This document shows positions 49,196-60,390 of a stretch of 64,000 nucleotides of DNA, in pieces (position 1 is the first letter of the stretch; every line of letters begins with the position of its first letter). A model generated the notes under the pieces. That model was not told the DNA's origin. It saw only the letters and a list, made by a program, of their open reading frames with translations, and searched no databases. Source of the stretch: Amoebidium appalachense. Taxonomy: Eukaryota; Protista; Ichthyosporea. The stretch covers positions 5,580,001 to 5,644,000 of the forward strand of contig CAVNZM010000014.1 of assembly GCA_963693365.1 (NCBI GenBank), read 5' to 3'. A program made the translations under genes and the position numbers.

Positions 49196-49910
49196 TGTCG
49201 TATCCTATTATGTATGTACTAGAGACGCGGCACTCTACTAAGTGTACACACACGAAAAGGAACGAACGTGTACGGAAAAACGGTAAAGTTTATTCAGACC
49301 AGGCTCCGACGGGCAAAACTTAGATCCGTACGGAATGAGGCTAAGTCACAACTGAGGCCATCAAGGCCGTGCCCTCAAAGATCATCATCACCTGGCCCCC
49401 CTACGATGCCACATTCCAAACATTCCGATCTACTTTATTGTGCGCCTGCACGAGCTAAGTCGATCTACTCAAAACAATATATTTATCCATGCCTCACCCC
49501 TCACCCTCCCCCTAGTGGCACCGCAGAGTCTAAATCTACATTTCATACTATCCTCCCCCCCCCTCCCTCCCCCCTTTCATCTACATCGAAATATATAAAT
49601 ACGTTTGGCAACATACACAATCAAACCTTGCCAATACTTACAAAAGGGCTTCTGCCCGAACAATCACATTCCTAAGTCCTCCTACGATCTATCCTACACA
49701 CTAATTAGAATTCTATTGGTCGGCTGCCCCAGCTGACGTGGTCCTGCCCTGCGCCGGCAGAGGCAAGATGCACGCAGCTGTACAGCTATCTTGAGGCCCC
49801 GGACTTGATCTTGATGATCTGTGGACCCGGGCCACCCCCCCCCCCCCCCCCCCCCCCCGATCTCGATCGTAGACTTAGGCTGATCTGCTGAGACGGATTA
49901 GTATATGTCA
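49196..49910 (-). repeat. 5' LTR (715 bp)
   Basis: Near-identical to 41532-42248; lies upstream of gag. Confidence 0.95.
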
Positions 49911-49919
49911 TTCTGGATA

Positions 49920-50130
49920 CTTCACTTTAAATTCGATCTCTTAGTTGTCACGTCAACTTTTTTACCCGATTCTTCACCACGGCAGGTATATAAAGGCTTT
50001 CGTTTCTCTTTTTGTGGGGACTTCACTTTCACTTCGATCAAGACTTAGCTGTCACGTCAACTTTTTTTCCCGATTCTTCACCATGGCTGAGGTATATAAA
50101 GGCTTTCTGTTGTTTCTTCTTTTTGTGGTG
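49920..50130. repeat. Tandem duplication of about 100 bp, each unit containing GGTATATAAAGG
   Basis: cttcacttt...tgtcacgtcaactttttt...ccgattcttcacca...ggtatataaaggcttt occurs twice. Confidence 0.85.
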
Positions 50131-50996
50131 GGAGGGAGTCCCACTCAGGGGAACGTGACTGCAGCGTGTGTGGTGTGGCCTGGTGTATTCCTAGTACTGC
50201 TGTGAGAGTGTGCAGTGGGGGCATCTCCCTTTCGAAATTCGCGGAGTTTCTCGCTTGAGAAGTGGTTTCTTCAACGCCTGGTGGTCCACTGCAACCTATG
50301 CCAGTAACTTCTACACGCTGTCTACGCTTCTACGCGACCTATTGGCGGTGGGCTGCTGCAACTTCAAGTTAAGCTTCTTCAGCTACCTTTGCGCTGCATG
50401 AGTGGAGGGGCGACTACTTGGTCGTCGGGGAGCTTTCCAAGTGACTGCCAGTCCTTAGCCTCAGAGGCTCCAGTCGTATGGCAATGACCGGGTTTGCTTG
50501 CATGCATTCTGTAATTGTGTTAGTCTGTGAGTCCTGCCACAACTAGGCGACCTTCAAGTTATCAGAGAGCTAGATGCAGTTTCTCCGGGTTATCTAGGGG
50601 CCGGGCCCGTTGGGATTGTTTTTAGCTCAGATTTGGTCTGCATTGCTCTTTTAGAGGCTGACTTGCTTGCTGTGCCTCAATAGATTTTGAGGGGGACCTG
50701 TAACAGTTGGGAAGGAGCAGTAATGATGTCTTCTTGCGGAGTGTGGTCTGGTCAACATTGATGCATATGACTAGTTGGAGCAAACTAGTTTCACGCATAC
50801 ACGCCTACGTACACTTAAGGTTTTGCCCGCTGGTGTCCTTTGTCACTTGTCGCTTTATTTTTATTTCGTAGCTTTGGCTTTTTCAGTTCTATAATTGGTG
50901 GTTATGTAGCCTGTGGCTGCACGTTGCCTTCATCAACGGATCAATAAACCTGAGTCAAAAGAAAAATAGTATCTGTACATATCCAATGATTGGCCC

Positions 50997-51238
50997 TTTT
51001 TGCGGCTGTATACCGGATCTACAAGATCTGCACTCTGTGGACCGTGTGGATATTCTGGATAGTATCTGTACATATCCATTGGCCCAAGAGATCTAGATTT
51101 AGATCGTCGGCCACTGACGCCAGTAGCCGACAATCTAGATCTAGATCTCTTGGTCCAATGGATATGTACAGATACTATCCAGAATATCCACACTGTCCAC
51201 AGTACGTACTGCAGATCTTGTAGACCTGGTCAGCCGCC

Positions 51239-51243
<5 letters not shown>
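50997..51243. repeat. Long palindrome (arms of about 120 bp, 4-nt loop at 51117-51120)
   Basis: gcggctg...tggatattctggatagtatctgtacatatccattgg...ctg-acgc-cag...ccaatggatatgtacagatactatccagaatatcca...cagccgc. Confidence 0.92.
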
Positions 51244-51270
<27 letters not shown>

Positions 51271-51807
51271 ATATCTCCACATACGATGTCTATCTGATAC
51301 GTTATATCTCCACATAAATATCTGTATGATGTAAGTGTAACATCGATTTGTACATGTATATCTTGTTGAGTGGAAGTACTGTTGGCCTTGGTGCCGACAT
51401 CTCATCACAGCTCACCTACATGTTGTTAATAAACAGCACATCCCCCCCCCTTAAGGTACGGCTGATGTACTGGCACAGTTGGGGCGGAGGCATTCCTAAA
51501 CCACCGGGACCTACGTAGTAGGAGTCTTTGTCGGGTAGAGGAATGGCCAGCAAGAGAGTCTGGAGGGGTCACGGTACGTCACATGAGTCTGGAGGTGTTC
51601 GTCACGGCATGTTTGGTTTTGCTAGGAATTCTTTGTGGATGGGGCATGCTGACTCAGTGGTTGTATGATGATGGTGTCTGGTTGTATCATGTCTGTTGCT
51701 ATGTTCAACTCGATATAACATTGTGCCAGGGGCATGGGGTTTTGGGTGCAGGTTGTGGACAGGGGCAGAGGTGCATCTACAGGGCAACGTCGGTGGCGGT
51801 TCATATC

Positions 51808-51871
51808 CAGTAGGCCGTCGAATGTGGCTGGGCCTCCGGCAGTGTCCACGCAATAAAAAGTGTGTAAACCC
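51808..51871 (+). mobile_element. 64-bp 3'-terminal fragment of the LINE family at 1421-6820
   Basis: cagtaggccgtcgaatgtggctgggcctccggcagtgtccacgcaataaaaagtgtgtaaaccc matches 6756-6820. Confidence 0.88.
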
Positions 51872-52080
51872 CTCCTTGTTTTGGGGTTGGGTTGGGTACT
51901 AACCATGGTGGGGTGGTGCATGGATGCATGTATATGTTTTATGTTATAATATGTTAAATGTTGCTTCCTGCATGGGTAGCGGTAGTTGTAGTCGCTCAGC
52001 ACATAACTTTATTTTGTTTTTAGGTAGTTTTTACTGATGTGGAACTCAGTTATTTTCTGTGCGAAGGGGGATCCGGAGTT

Positions 52081-52695
52081 GTCATGTGCTGAGCTGATTC
52101 CGAAGGAAGTTCGTATTAGTCTGCTTCTACATTTTATGTTTTGGTAAGTGAATTTCGGGGGTTTTCCTGCATAGTGTCTGGGTTCTATGAGGTGTATGGG
52201 CAGATTGTTCAGAGGTATGGGGAGAATCTGATGCAGCGGCGGCTGATAGTTTGGTGCGCGCGTGCATACTCCATGGCCTCTGCGTAGTCTTCATGTTATA
52301 TGTTGTATTGATTCTTGCTGTGTGCTTGGCGAGACCCATGTTGCCTGCTTGCGTGTGTGTATGCTTATATGTATTGTGAGTAGTTTAAAGGTGCACGTGT
52401 GTGCGTGTTGTAGTGCTGTAGGGGTGTGTGAGGTGGCGGTAGCCAGTGGTGTGGAGTGTGTGTAGCCCGTGGGGGTGGGAGTGTTGTGATTGGCTGAATG
52501 TCACTGTGGTATTTGTCTGGCCAGTGGGCCGCGTGTCTATGTCTGTGAAGTGTCTCGCGGGGTCGCGGGCATTCGGAGTTCTTCTGAGAGCACGTTTGTT
52601 CGTCTCCCACCCAACTCAAAAAAAAAGTTCATACGTCTACACAGTTTCAAGCCCCTTTTAAGTGTACATGTGCAGTTAGTTAGAGTCGTTCGTAT
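52081..52695. repeat. Dispersed repeat of about 600 bp, copy 2
   Basis: Homologous to 40517-41095. Confidence 0.85.
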
Positions 52696-52704
52696 AATGT
52701 AACA

Positions 52705-53776
52705 CGCTAGGTCGTGATACGACAGTTGTTAGTTTGCGTGCGGCGGTGCCTCATGTACTCACGGTTGTCCGGCCGGTGTATGGTGCTCTACGCGGCGGGA
52801 ACTGGCGTAGCCTAAAGTTTGTGCGGTTAGCGGGTCGGCAGCTACCGTAACGCATTATCGGTAAAACCATGGGTAATACTATAATAGGTCGTCTTCCCCG
52901 CACGGAAATCTGGCCTGAGCCTATCACGGCCACTCTCATCACAGATGCTGCCACCTCACACGGGTGGGGGGCAGTACTACAGTTGGGCCTACCAACCACG
53001 CAGGTTGTGGAGGCTTTCAGTCGTTGGGCGGAGAGCGATGCGCCGCGGGCGGCTGCAGTGGCGGAGTGCGAGGGCCTACGTAGTCAAGGCCCACCGCAGG
53101 CCCGAAATGCAGGCCCTAATCCAACGCCAGCGCGTACGTGTACAGTACGCTGGCAGTCAGACGCCCAGGCCGCGTTGCCCCGCGGCGCGGTGCGCAAAAA
53201 GGGCAGCAGCAGCCCCGCATGGCATGCAGCGACAGTGATATATGGCAGCTGCTGCAGTTGTGTTTGGAAAAGGGGCTCCCCTGGCCCAAAGAGCTGTCAT
53301 ACATTCCGGGCGAAGTGAACGAACGTGCGGATTGGTTGTCGCGGATTGATCCCCCGGGCCGCCACGAGTGGTCGGTTACCCCTGCGGGGGTTGTCGAGCG
53401 TATCGAGCAGACACTCGGATTGCACACGGCGGTGGATCGGTTTGCTACACCCGTGACAGCAGTCAAACCCACGTTTCACACATGGATCGCGGTGGTCCCA
53501 GTGAGCGGTGGGCAGGATGGGCTTGCCACCGAATGGCAGCCCCCCAGCTGGTGGGCTCCACCGTTTCCGTTGATCAAGCGGAGTGGCGAAGATTCAGCGG
53601 GAACGTGCGCAGGGAATATTAGTGGTCCCGGTGTGGGACTTTGGTGGCCGGTGGTGCAAGGGATGGCACAGGCCCACACAGACCTAGCCCCCGAAGAAGT
53701 GGTGTTTTCGGTCGGTGTCCGGTCTTGGCGAATGCGTGCCTTCCTATTGGACGGCAGCACCCGCCCCCCTTATTAA
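52705..53776 (+). pseudogene. DIRS-type (tyrosine-recombinase retrotransposon) remnant: RT/RH linker, RNase H, adenine-methyltransferase-like domain
   Basis: LITDAATSHGWGAVL; YIPGEVNERADWLSR; EWSV; VDRFAT; DGLATEW; WWAPPFPLI, spread across frameshifts. Confidence 0.8.
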
Positions 53777-53883
53777 ATAAGATTGGATGAAAATCACTCG
53801 CCGCGCCGCTCCTGCCATCCAGCTTTGTGTATTATTTCTGTAAAATAAGAATGTGGTCGCAGATAGCAACAACATATCTAAAT

Positions 53884-54197
53884 ACTTCGCTTGATTCATC
53901 AAGCTCTATTTAGAGATGTATTTAGGCCAACTGATTGTTTGGAAGAGACTAAGTGTTCCAACAACTTGAATCAGTGGCCACTAGGGAGCCGACTATGGTA
54001 TATAGGCGGCGACTCGTTCTACTCGTCTTAGCTTTGTTTCCCCGTCGGCCCATACTTAGCCCCACCCACCCGCCCGAGCTGTGTTGCATTTCCCCGTCTT
54101 TAGCTAGTCTCTTGCTGATTGGCTACGGCACACACACACACAGACACACCGTCCCACACATGCACACATACATGTACACTAACACAAACACACACAT

Positions 54198-54245
<48 letters not shown>

Positions 54246-54256
54246 CTGGCACGTGT

Positions 54257-54339
<83 letters not shown>

Positions 54340-54510
54340 GCACGCATTGAGGGTAGTGGAGGGGGAGGATAGGGTAGAGGGGTTTTCTTCGTGCGGTGTG
54401 TTTATTTGGATTTTGTTCGTAGAGAGGCAGTACATGCCATGGTATGTGTACGTTTCTGATGATCGTGCCCGGGGGGCACTTGGCTGAGCCGAGCTAATAA
54501 GCAAATCGAA
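53884..54510. mobile_element. Putative 627-bp insertion between 19-bp direct repeats
   Basis: AGCAACAACATATCTAAAT at 53865-53883 and 54511-54529; the left ~75 bp recur at 37672-37748. Confidence 0.55.
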
Positions 54511-54858
54511 AGCAACAACATATCTAAATGGACAAGAGCAAATGCAGATACAAGAAAAAAACGATTTGAATCTCCCGCCATCGCCATTCATAATCCCACC
54601 AATCGCAACCTGCTTATGACGTTATCTTAGGTGCCAAAAACGAGCAAATCATGCAACATGCGGGAATAATCTGGAACAATAGGCGGAAATAGCGCGGAAT
54701 GGTGCGGAAATTTTAGCTTTCCCGTGAGCAGAAACTTTCAAAAACGTGCAACATCCTACAACTTTCGCTTCACTTTTTCGCCCGTTGTCATCCTTTCACA
54801 AAGGTACTTTTTTTTTGTTTCACCGCCCCACGCCTACTTCCATGTTTCGTGTTGGAAA

Positions 54859-56118
54859 ATGACTGAGCAAGAACACACAACCGAACTTCCCATCAACAAC
54901 GAAGAAGGAGGACAAAATGGCGACGCCGTCTCCACCCCTTCATTCCCTAAGGCAAAATCACCCACTCGCCTTACATTCCACACACAAAACATGCGCCAGA
55001 TGCCCAATTTGGCAGCGCGCCCAAACACATTCCCACCACTTCAGCCCCTACCTGCCATAGCGGGAATGCGAGCCACACCGTTTACCACAGCTACCACCAT
55101 GCCTACGCTGGCTTCCCCGCTGCCAAACACACAACTGCAGAGCTACGGAACTATCACTTGGCCTGAGAGCGAGATGAAACATTTGGCTGTCCCGATTGAA
55201 GTCCCCTCACGTCAAGTCACAATTATGCAAGTTGGAGCAGGCGAAAACGGAGAACCTACAAGCACAATGATAACATTAAACGCCCCGTTGGGATGGATTT
55301 GGATACCCATGGGTGTTGTGTTTGATAGTTTACCAGAGGGCATTAGCACAACGTTCCCAAGCACGAGCAATTTGAGACGGTATGATGTGGTTGATGAGAC
55401 TCAGGCGTTTGTATCGCAGGCAGAGATGGGCTCGCCGGGCAAGCGAAACATCGGAAATCTGGCGGAGGGGTTTAGTGGTGATGAAGAAGGGAGTTTAGCG
55501 AAGAAGCAGAAGAACGCACGGTTGAGATTTAGGTGTGAGCACGAAGGATGCAACTACGGAACGTACTTCAAGGCGGATTTCCAGAAACACGTTAGCACAC
55601 ACATTGCTGGAAAACCGTTTGCTTGTCCCCACGAAGGGTGTACAGCCACGTTCAAGTTGAAACAGTCTGTGGACAACCATGTTAAGGCGTACCATATGGA
55701 TAAGCCCCTTCACAAGTGCACATTTGAAGGATGCACATACGAGACTATCGCTCTTCCTACCCTGAGACAACACATGTTGCGTCACACAGGGGAAAAGCCG
55801 CACAAGTGTAGCTACGAGGGTTGCGGCAAGGCGTTTCGTTCGAAATCGGCCTGTACCGGGCATGAAACTCTGCACATGCGCGAAGGAAAATACACGTGCG
55901 ATACTTGCGGGTTCAAGTTTAACGATTTTACCACCTACCGCACTCATGTTCGCAATCACTTCGGGCCAAATTTTACCATGTGCCCACACCATGGGTGCAT
56001 TGACGCTTTCGACAATCACTTTGAATTTGAAAAACATGCTCAGTTCTGCAAGTACAAGGGGGGGCTGCCTAGCAGTGGTAGTATTATTGCTGGTCTGTCT
56101 GGGGCGTTTATGAGCTGA
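54859..56118 (+). CDS. C2H2 zinc-finger protein, 419 aa, apparently intronless
   Basis: Five C2H2 fingers (e.g. CSYEGCGKAFRSKSACTGHETLH) plus a terminal C2HC; TGEKP linker; basic NLS-like AKKQK; first ATG at 54859. Confidence 0.9.
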   Translation: MTEQEHTTELPINNEEGGQNGDAVSTPSFPKAKSPTRLTFHTQNMRQMPNLAARPNTFPPLQPLPAIAGMRATPFTTATTMPTLASPLPNTQLQSYGTITWPESEMKHLAVPIEVPSRQVTIMQVGAGENGEPTSTMITLNAPLGWIWIPMGVVFDSLPEGISTTFPSTSNLRRYDVVDETQAFVSQAEMGSPGKRNIGNLAEGFSGDEEGSLAKKQKNARLRFRCEHEGCNYGTYFKADFQKHVSTHIAGKPFACPHEGCTATFKLKQSVDNHVKAYHMDKPLHKCTFEGCTYETIALPTLRQHMLRHTGEKPHKCSYEGCGKAFRSKSACTGHETLHMREGKYTCDTCGFKFNDFTTYRTHVRNHFGPNFTMCPHHGCIDAFDNHFEFEKHAQFCKYKGGLPSSGSIIAGLSGAFMS

Positions 56119-56769
56119 TGGCATGTTAGCTCGTGTTTGCGGGTCAAAAGTGTTTCAGGGTTATGTCTTTACACGTGCTGAGGCACACACACACGATCGT
56201 GCTCTGTTTTCACGGGCTATGAAGTTCACGAGTGACAAATTGTGGGCCTCCGTTGTTGAATTGCGTATGTGCCTAAACTTTCTTGTTAGCATTGAGGATG
56301 AATGGTGGCTGTAAGAAAATAGAACTGAACTTTTTGTGCGCATGGTATTACCTTATTGGTATTTCTGAAAGTTTATGGATTCTTAGTGAATAAATATTCA
56401 GCAAGTATGGCATGTAGTCGGCTTTCAAGCCAAAGATGATCCCCCCCCCCCACCACCACCACCACCGAGTCTCCCGTCGCGGTTCTATTTTCTTACAGCA
56501 CGTGTGTGTGGTGTGCGTGTGTCTCGGGAGGGGCTGGGGAAAGTGAGAGAGCTAGAGATCGGAGAGTTGGGGGAGGGAGGGGGCCGGAAGAGAGAGCTTC
56601 GAAGGGGAGGCGGGGAGGGGGTTCGTACGTGTCACAGTGGGAGGACGATAATTTGATGCAGGTGTACAACTCCCCCATCCTCTCCCCCCCCATCCCCCCG
56701 CCCCCACCATTTCCGGCAAAGGGGGGTGCACACGGGTCACGGTGTGGGTGTGTGGGTGTGTGTGTGTGT

Positions 56770-56811
<42 letters not shown>

Positions 56812-57099
56812 CGCAGGGGATGTATGCTTTATTTTGGGCCTGTGTGTGTCTGGTACCAGTGGTGGTGGTGGTGGTGGAGTGGAGGCGGAGGGGGGGTTCG
56901 TCACAGTAGTCGGATGAAAATTGTACAATCTGCAAACCTTCCCCCCTCCCTCCCCCCCCCTCTTTTTCCCGGGGAATGTATGCATTATATCGGGTTGGAA
57001 TTACGGAATTGGAGACTTCAAAGGCGGAGGGATTTGTGTTCCAGACTATGGCGTTTATAAAATTTTGCATATCTGCATTGCATGGTCGTCTACCCGAAT

Positions 57100-57154
<55 letters not shown>

Positions 57155-57948
57155 ACCACCCCACGTACCTCCCCACCAAAAAAAAAAAAAATACTTTATA
57201 CTTTATCAAAAAATATTAACAACAATAATATTAGTAATAATAACAATAATAATAATAATAATGATAATAGAGTTGTGTGTGTGTGTGTGTGTGTGTGCGC
57301 GGGGGGGGGGGGGGGGGACATCGAAGTCATGCACTAGCGTGGCACTCAGTCAAGCGCTTGCGAAATTTAAAGAGGGATATTGGCTCCAAAACGGGACCGC
57401 AAGAAGAGAAATGTTCATTTCATTTCAATCGCAGACAAACACACAGATTATGCATCGAATTAATGCATATGGCTTTAGTACTTCATTCAAGCAGGTCTGG
57501 TATATAGCCATCCAAACATGTGTTGAGACGATACATCGTTGTGTGTTTACAGCAGTGTAGCTACGAGCCACTGCGGCGAATTACATTAAGAGAAACATTA
57601 CGTGGCTCCTACAGTAGTTTCTTCGTAGAGAAAAACCAAGATGCTGACAAAAGAAATACAGACACAAAACCTTGAAAAAAACATGAACATTCCCTTGCCA
57701 TACCCTCTCTCTCTTCGTCCAACCAGCACCCCATCCTTCTCTTCCTCTCTCTCTCCCCCCCCCCCCCCTCTCCCTCCCTCCTCCCTCTCCAATAAAAGAC
57801 ACCCACCTATTCCTGCCCCCCCCCCCCCCTCCCCGGCGCTGTTTGCCACGTTATCTACCCAATTCAAGCAGACGTGTCATATATAGCGCTGCTGGTTATG
57901 GGCTGAAACTGAAACTCAGTGGCCCTATATGTCAAAATTTAAAAGGCA

Positions 57949-57988
<40 letters not shown>

Positions 57989-58109
57989 AAAAAAATGGAA
58001 GAAGAAGAAGAAAAAGAAAAAGAAAAATGAAAAAGAAAAATATATGGATCAAAGGTTAAATTCAAACCGTCCAAAGCACCCACGTGCTGGCTGGCTGTCA
58101 GCATTTTGG

Positions 58110-58561
58110 TTACTTGCCCAGATCCTCGCAGCGTTTCCACGTCTCGACACAGACGTACCTGCACACCGACACGCCCCCAAAACGGTTAGTACGTCCACAT
58201 GCAGACTTGAATCATTTAAGTTTTATGCACAACTTGAAAGTTAAGACACTTTAAAAAGTGCAGTGCCATTGGGTTACTAGGAAATAAAATCTAGCGATGA
58301 TTCGATGTTCAAAAAACATCAAGTGCGCACCCATTCGTGTGCCTTGCATAAAGTAAAAATCAAAAAAAGCAAAAAAAGCAAAAAACAAAACAAAAACAAT
58401 GTGCAACCAAACGAAAGGAGGGTGGCTCAAACTCCCCCGCCCCCCCCCCCCCCTTCCCCCCCCCCCCCCCCCTCCCCCCGTACACAAACACAATTCGAAG
58501 TTCAGCATTGTCCTTTTGTGATAGGTGCGTGGGTGAGCAGTTAAGCATGTGTGTGTGTGTC

Positions 58562-58596
<35 letters not shown>

Positions 58597-58684
58597 GTCT
58601 GCCTGCCTCCATGCCCTCCCCCCCCTCTCTCTCTCTGTGTGTGTGTGTGGGGGGGGGGGGGGGGGGGGGGGAGGAGGAGGAGGA

Positions 58685-58726
<42 letters not shown>

Positions 58727-60390
58727 CTAGGTGGGAAAGGGGAGATGGGGGACGGGGGCACCGAGGGGGTGTGGGAGAAAGAGGGATGAAAACGCAGTAC
58801 ACAGTAAGAGGTACAAAATAGATAGGATGGCACCATGCAGGCACCAACAGCCCGAGAAGGCGAGGCGCGGGGGGGGGGGGGGGGGGGGGGGGGGGGAGGG
58901 GGAGGGAATCCGTTATCCAGGCCCCAAATACCTACATAATTCCACCATCCAATGAAAACACCACCCATCGGAGTCCCCCTCCCTCCCCCCCCCCCCCCCC
59001 TCCCCCCCCTCTCTCCCCCCCGTCCTTTCCAACCAGTCCCTCTTGACTATAGTTGTGAAAAGGGGCAATCTGGAGCACATGGGAGCAGAAGGAGGGAGGC
59101 AAGGGGGAGGAAGGGGGAGGGGAGAAGATGTATGCATTAGAGGCTGGAGGGGGAAAGAGAGGGGGAAGGGGGGAAGGGGGAAGGGGGAGGAGGGGAGAGG
59201 GAGGGGGGAGAGCAGAAGGTGTGCATGTCTTGTTTGTATGCGTGTGTAAGAGCGATATTGTGTGTGTGTGTGATGTGTGCGCGTGTGTGTATGTATTGTG
59301 CCGGGGGGGGGGGGGGGGGGGGGGGCGGAGGGGGGGGGAGGGGGAGGGGGGAGGGGGGACGGGTTGCTTATTCATATGAGCACAGAGAACAGCAACCACA
59401 AAAAATTGTGAAACACCAGCAGCCCCCTTGACCCCTTTGATACACAACAATTACCGGCACAAAAATACCCTCTTGCTACTCTCTTCCATATATCTCTCAC
59501 TCCTTCCGGTGTGGGTATAACAAAACACCTCTAGTACTCGAACTTCATGATTCATTAAAACATCTCGCAGAACCCCGACGTGTATGTCTTTCTACCCATT
59601 CTCCAGCAACCCCCCCCTCCCCCCCCCCCCCCCCCCCCCCCCCCACACACACACACATACACACCCTCCCTCTCCCACTCACCCTTACCCCTGGCCACTT
59701 TCTCCACTACAACCTTCACGGCCCAGTTCCCACCTTCCCCTCCACCCTCCCCCCCCCCCACCCTCCCCTGGCCCAAACCGCACACACACACACAAACATA
59801 CGGATAAACGGTCTTCCTTTTCCCGCCCGCACGTGTTTTAGCCCTTTGGTGGTCCCTGTACCCCCCCTCCCGGGCCCCTCAACCCCCTTCTCCCCCCTCC
59901 CCTCTCCCTCCTACTAAACAGTCTGCCCCCCCCTCTTCCCCCCCCCTCCGCCCCTTCCTCCTCCCCCATCCCTTACACTCCCCTTCTAATTTCTGCCCTT
60001 TCAGATCCCAAATGTACAAACAACCCAGCAAAAACAAGCAGCATGGGCCAGCACAAAACCGAGTACAAAAACTACATACACGTTCCAGGGCTTGAGTGCC
60101 AAGCACACTTACCAATCATTCCGCATGCACTTTTTCGTCGCGTGGGGGCATGGGCAGTCGATGGGATTCTGTACACACGAACTATCAACAGGGCACTGAT
60201 AGGTGCACGCATCTTCCTTGGGTCCATGGTATTTTGACTTTCCATGTTCGTGTGATTGCTCTTCATCTTCCTCGTCCCCTCCTTGGTTGAAAAAGTGATG
60301 CTGGTGCCCTTGGTCAAAGTGAAAGTGAAACTGAGCAGCTACGAATGAAAGAAGAACGGAAAGGAGAAGGATAATGAAAAGAGACTTCAT
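58110..60390 (-). CDS. LCL2: LCL2-like (long chronological lifespan 2) small secreted Cys-rich protein, 108 aa; exons 60390-60113, 58158-58110
   Basis: Signal peptide ending AQF; CTYQCPVDSSCVQNPIDCPCP...KC...DW|YVCV...C pattern; gtaagt donor and phase-2 cag acceptor. Confidence 0.75.

Larger units (their letters stand above)
41532..49910 (-). mobile_element. Full-length chromodomain-bearing Ty3/Gypsy LTR retrotransposon
   Basis: LTRs 49910-49196 (5') and 42248-41532 (3'), TG...CA; TSD TTCTG at 41527-41531 and 49911-49915; PPT next to the 3' LTR; gag-PR-RT-RH-IN-chromodomain order. Confidence 0.96.

Noticed and set aside
51471-51711. Pol III A box (TGGCACAGTTGG) and B-box-like GTTCAACTC
   Set aside because: About 230 bp apart with no cloverleaf; no tRNA or tRNA-SINE is supported.
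54724-54858. N-terminal extension of the zinc-finger ORF
   Set aside because: Starts at GTG; the eukaryotic start is more plausibly ATG 54859.
56493-57560. Alternative LCL2 last exon (LYTCIKL...) and ORF 56976-57560
   Set aside because: Poor acceptor context and much farther away than 58158-58110, which gives the expected WYVC; the plus-strand ORF has no recognisable motif.
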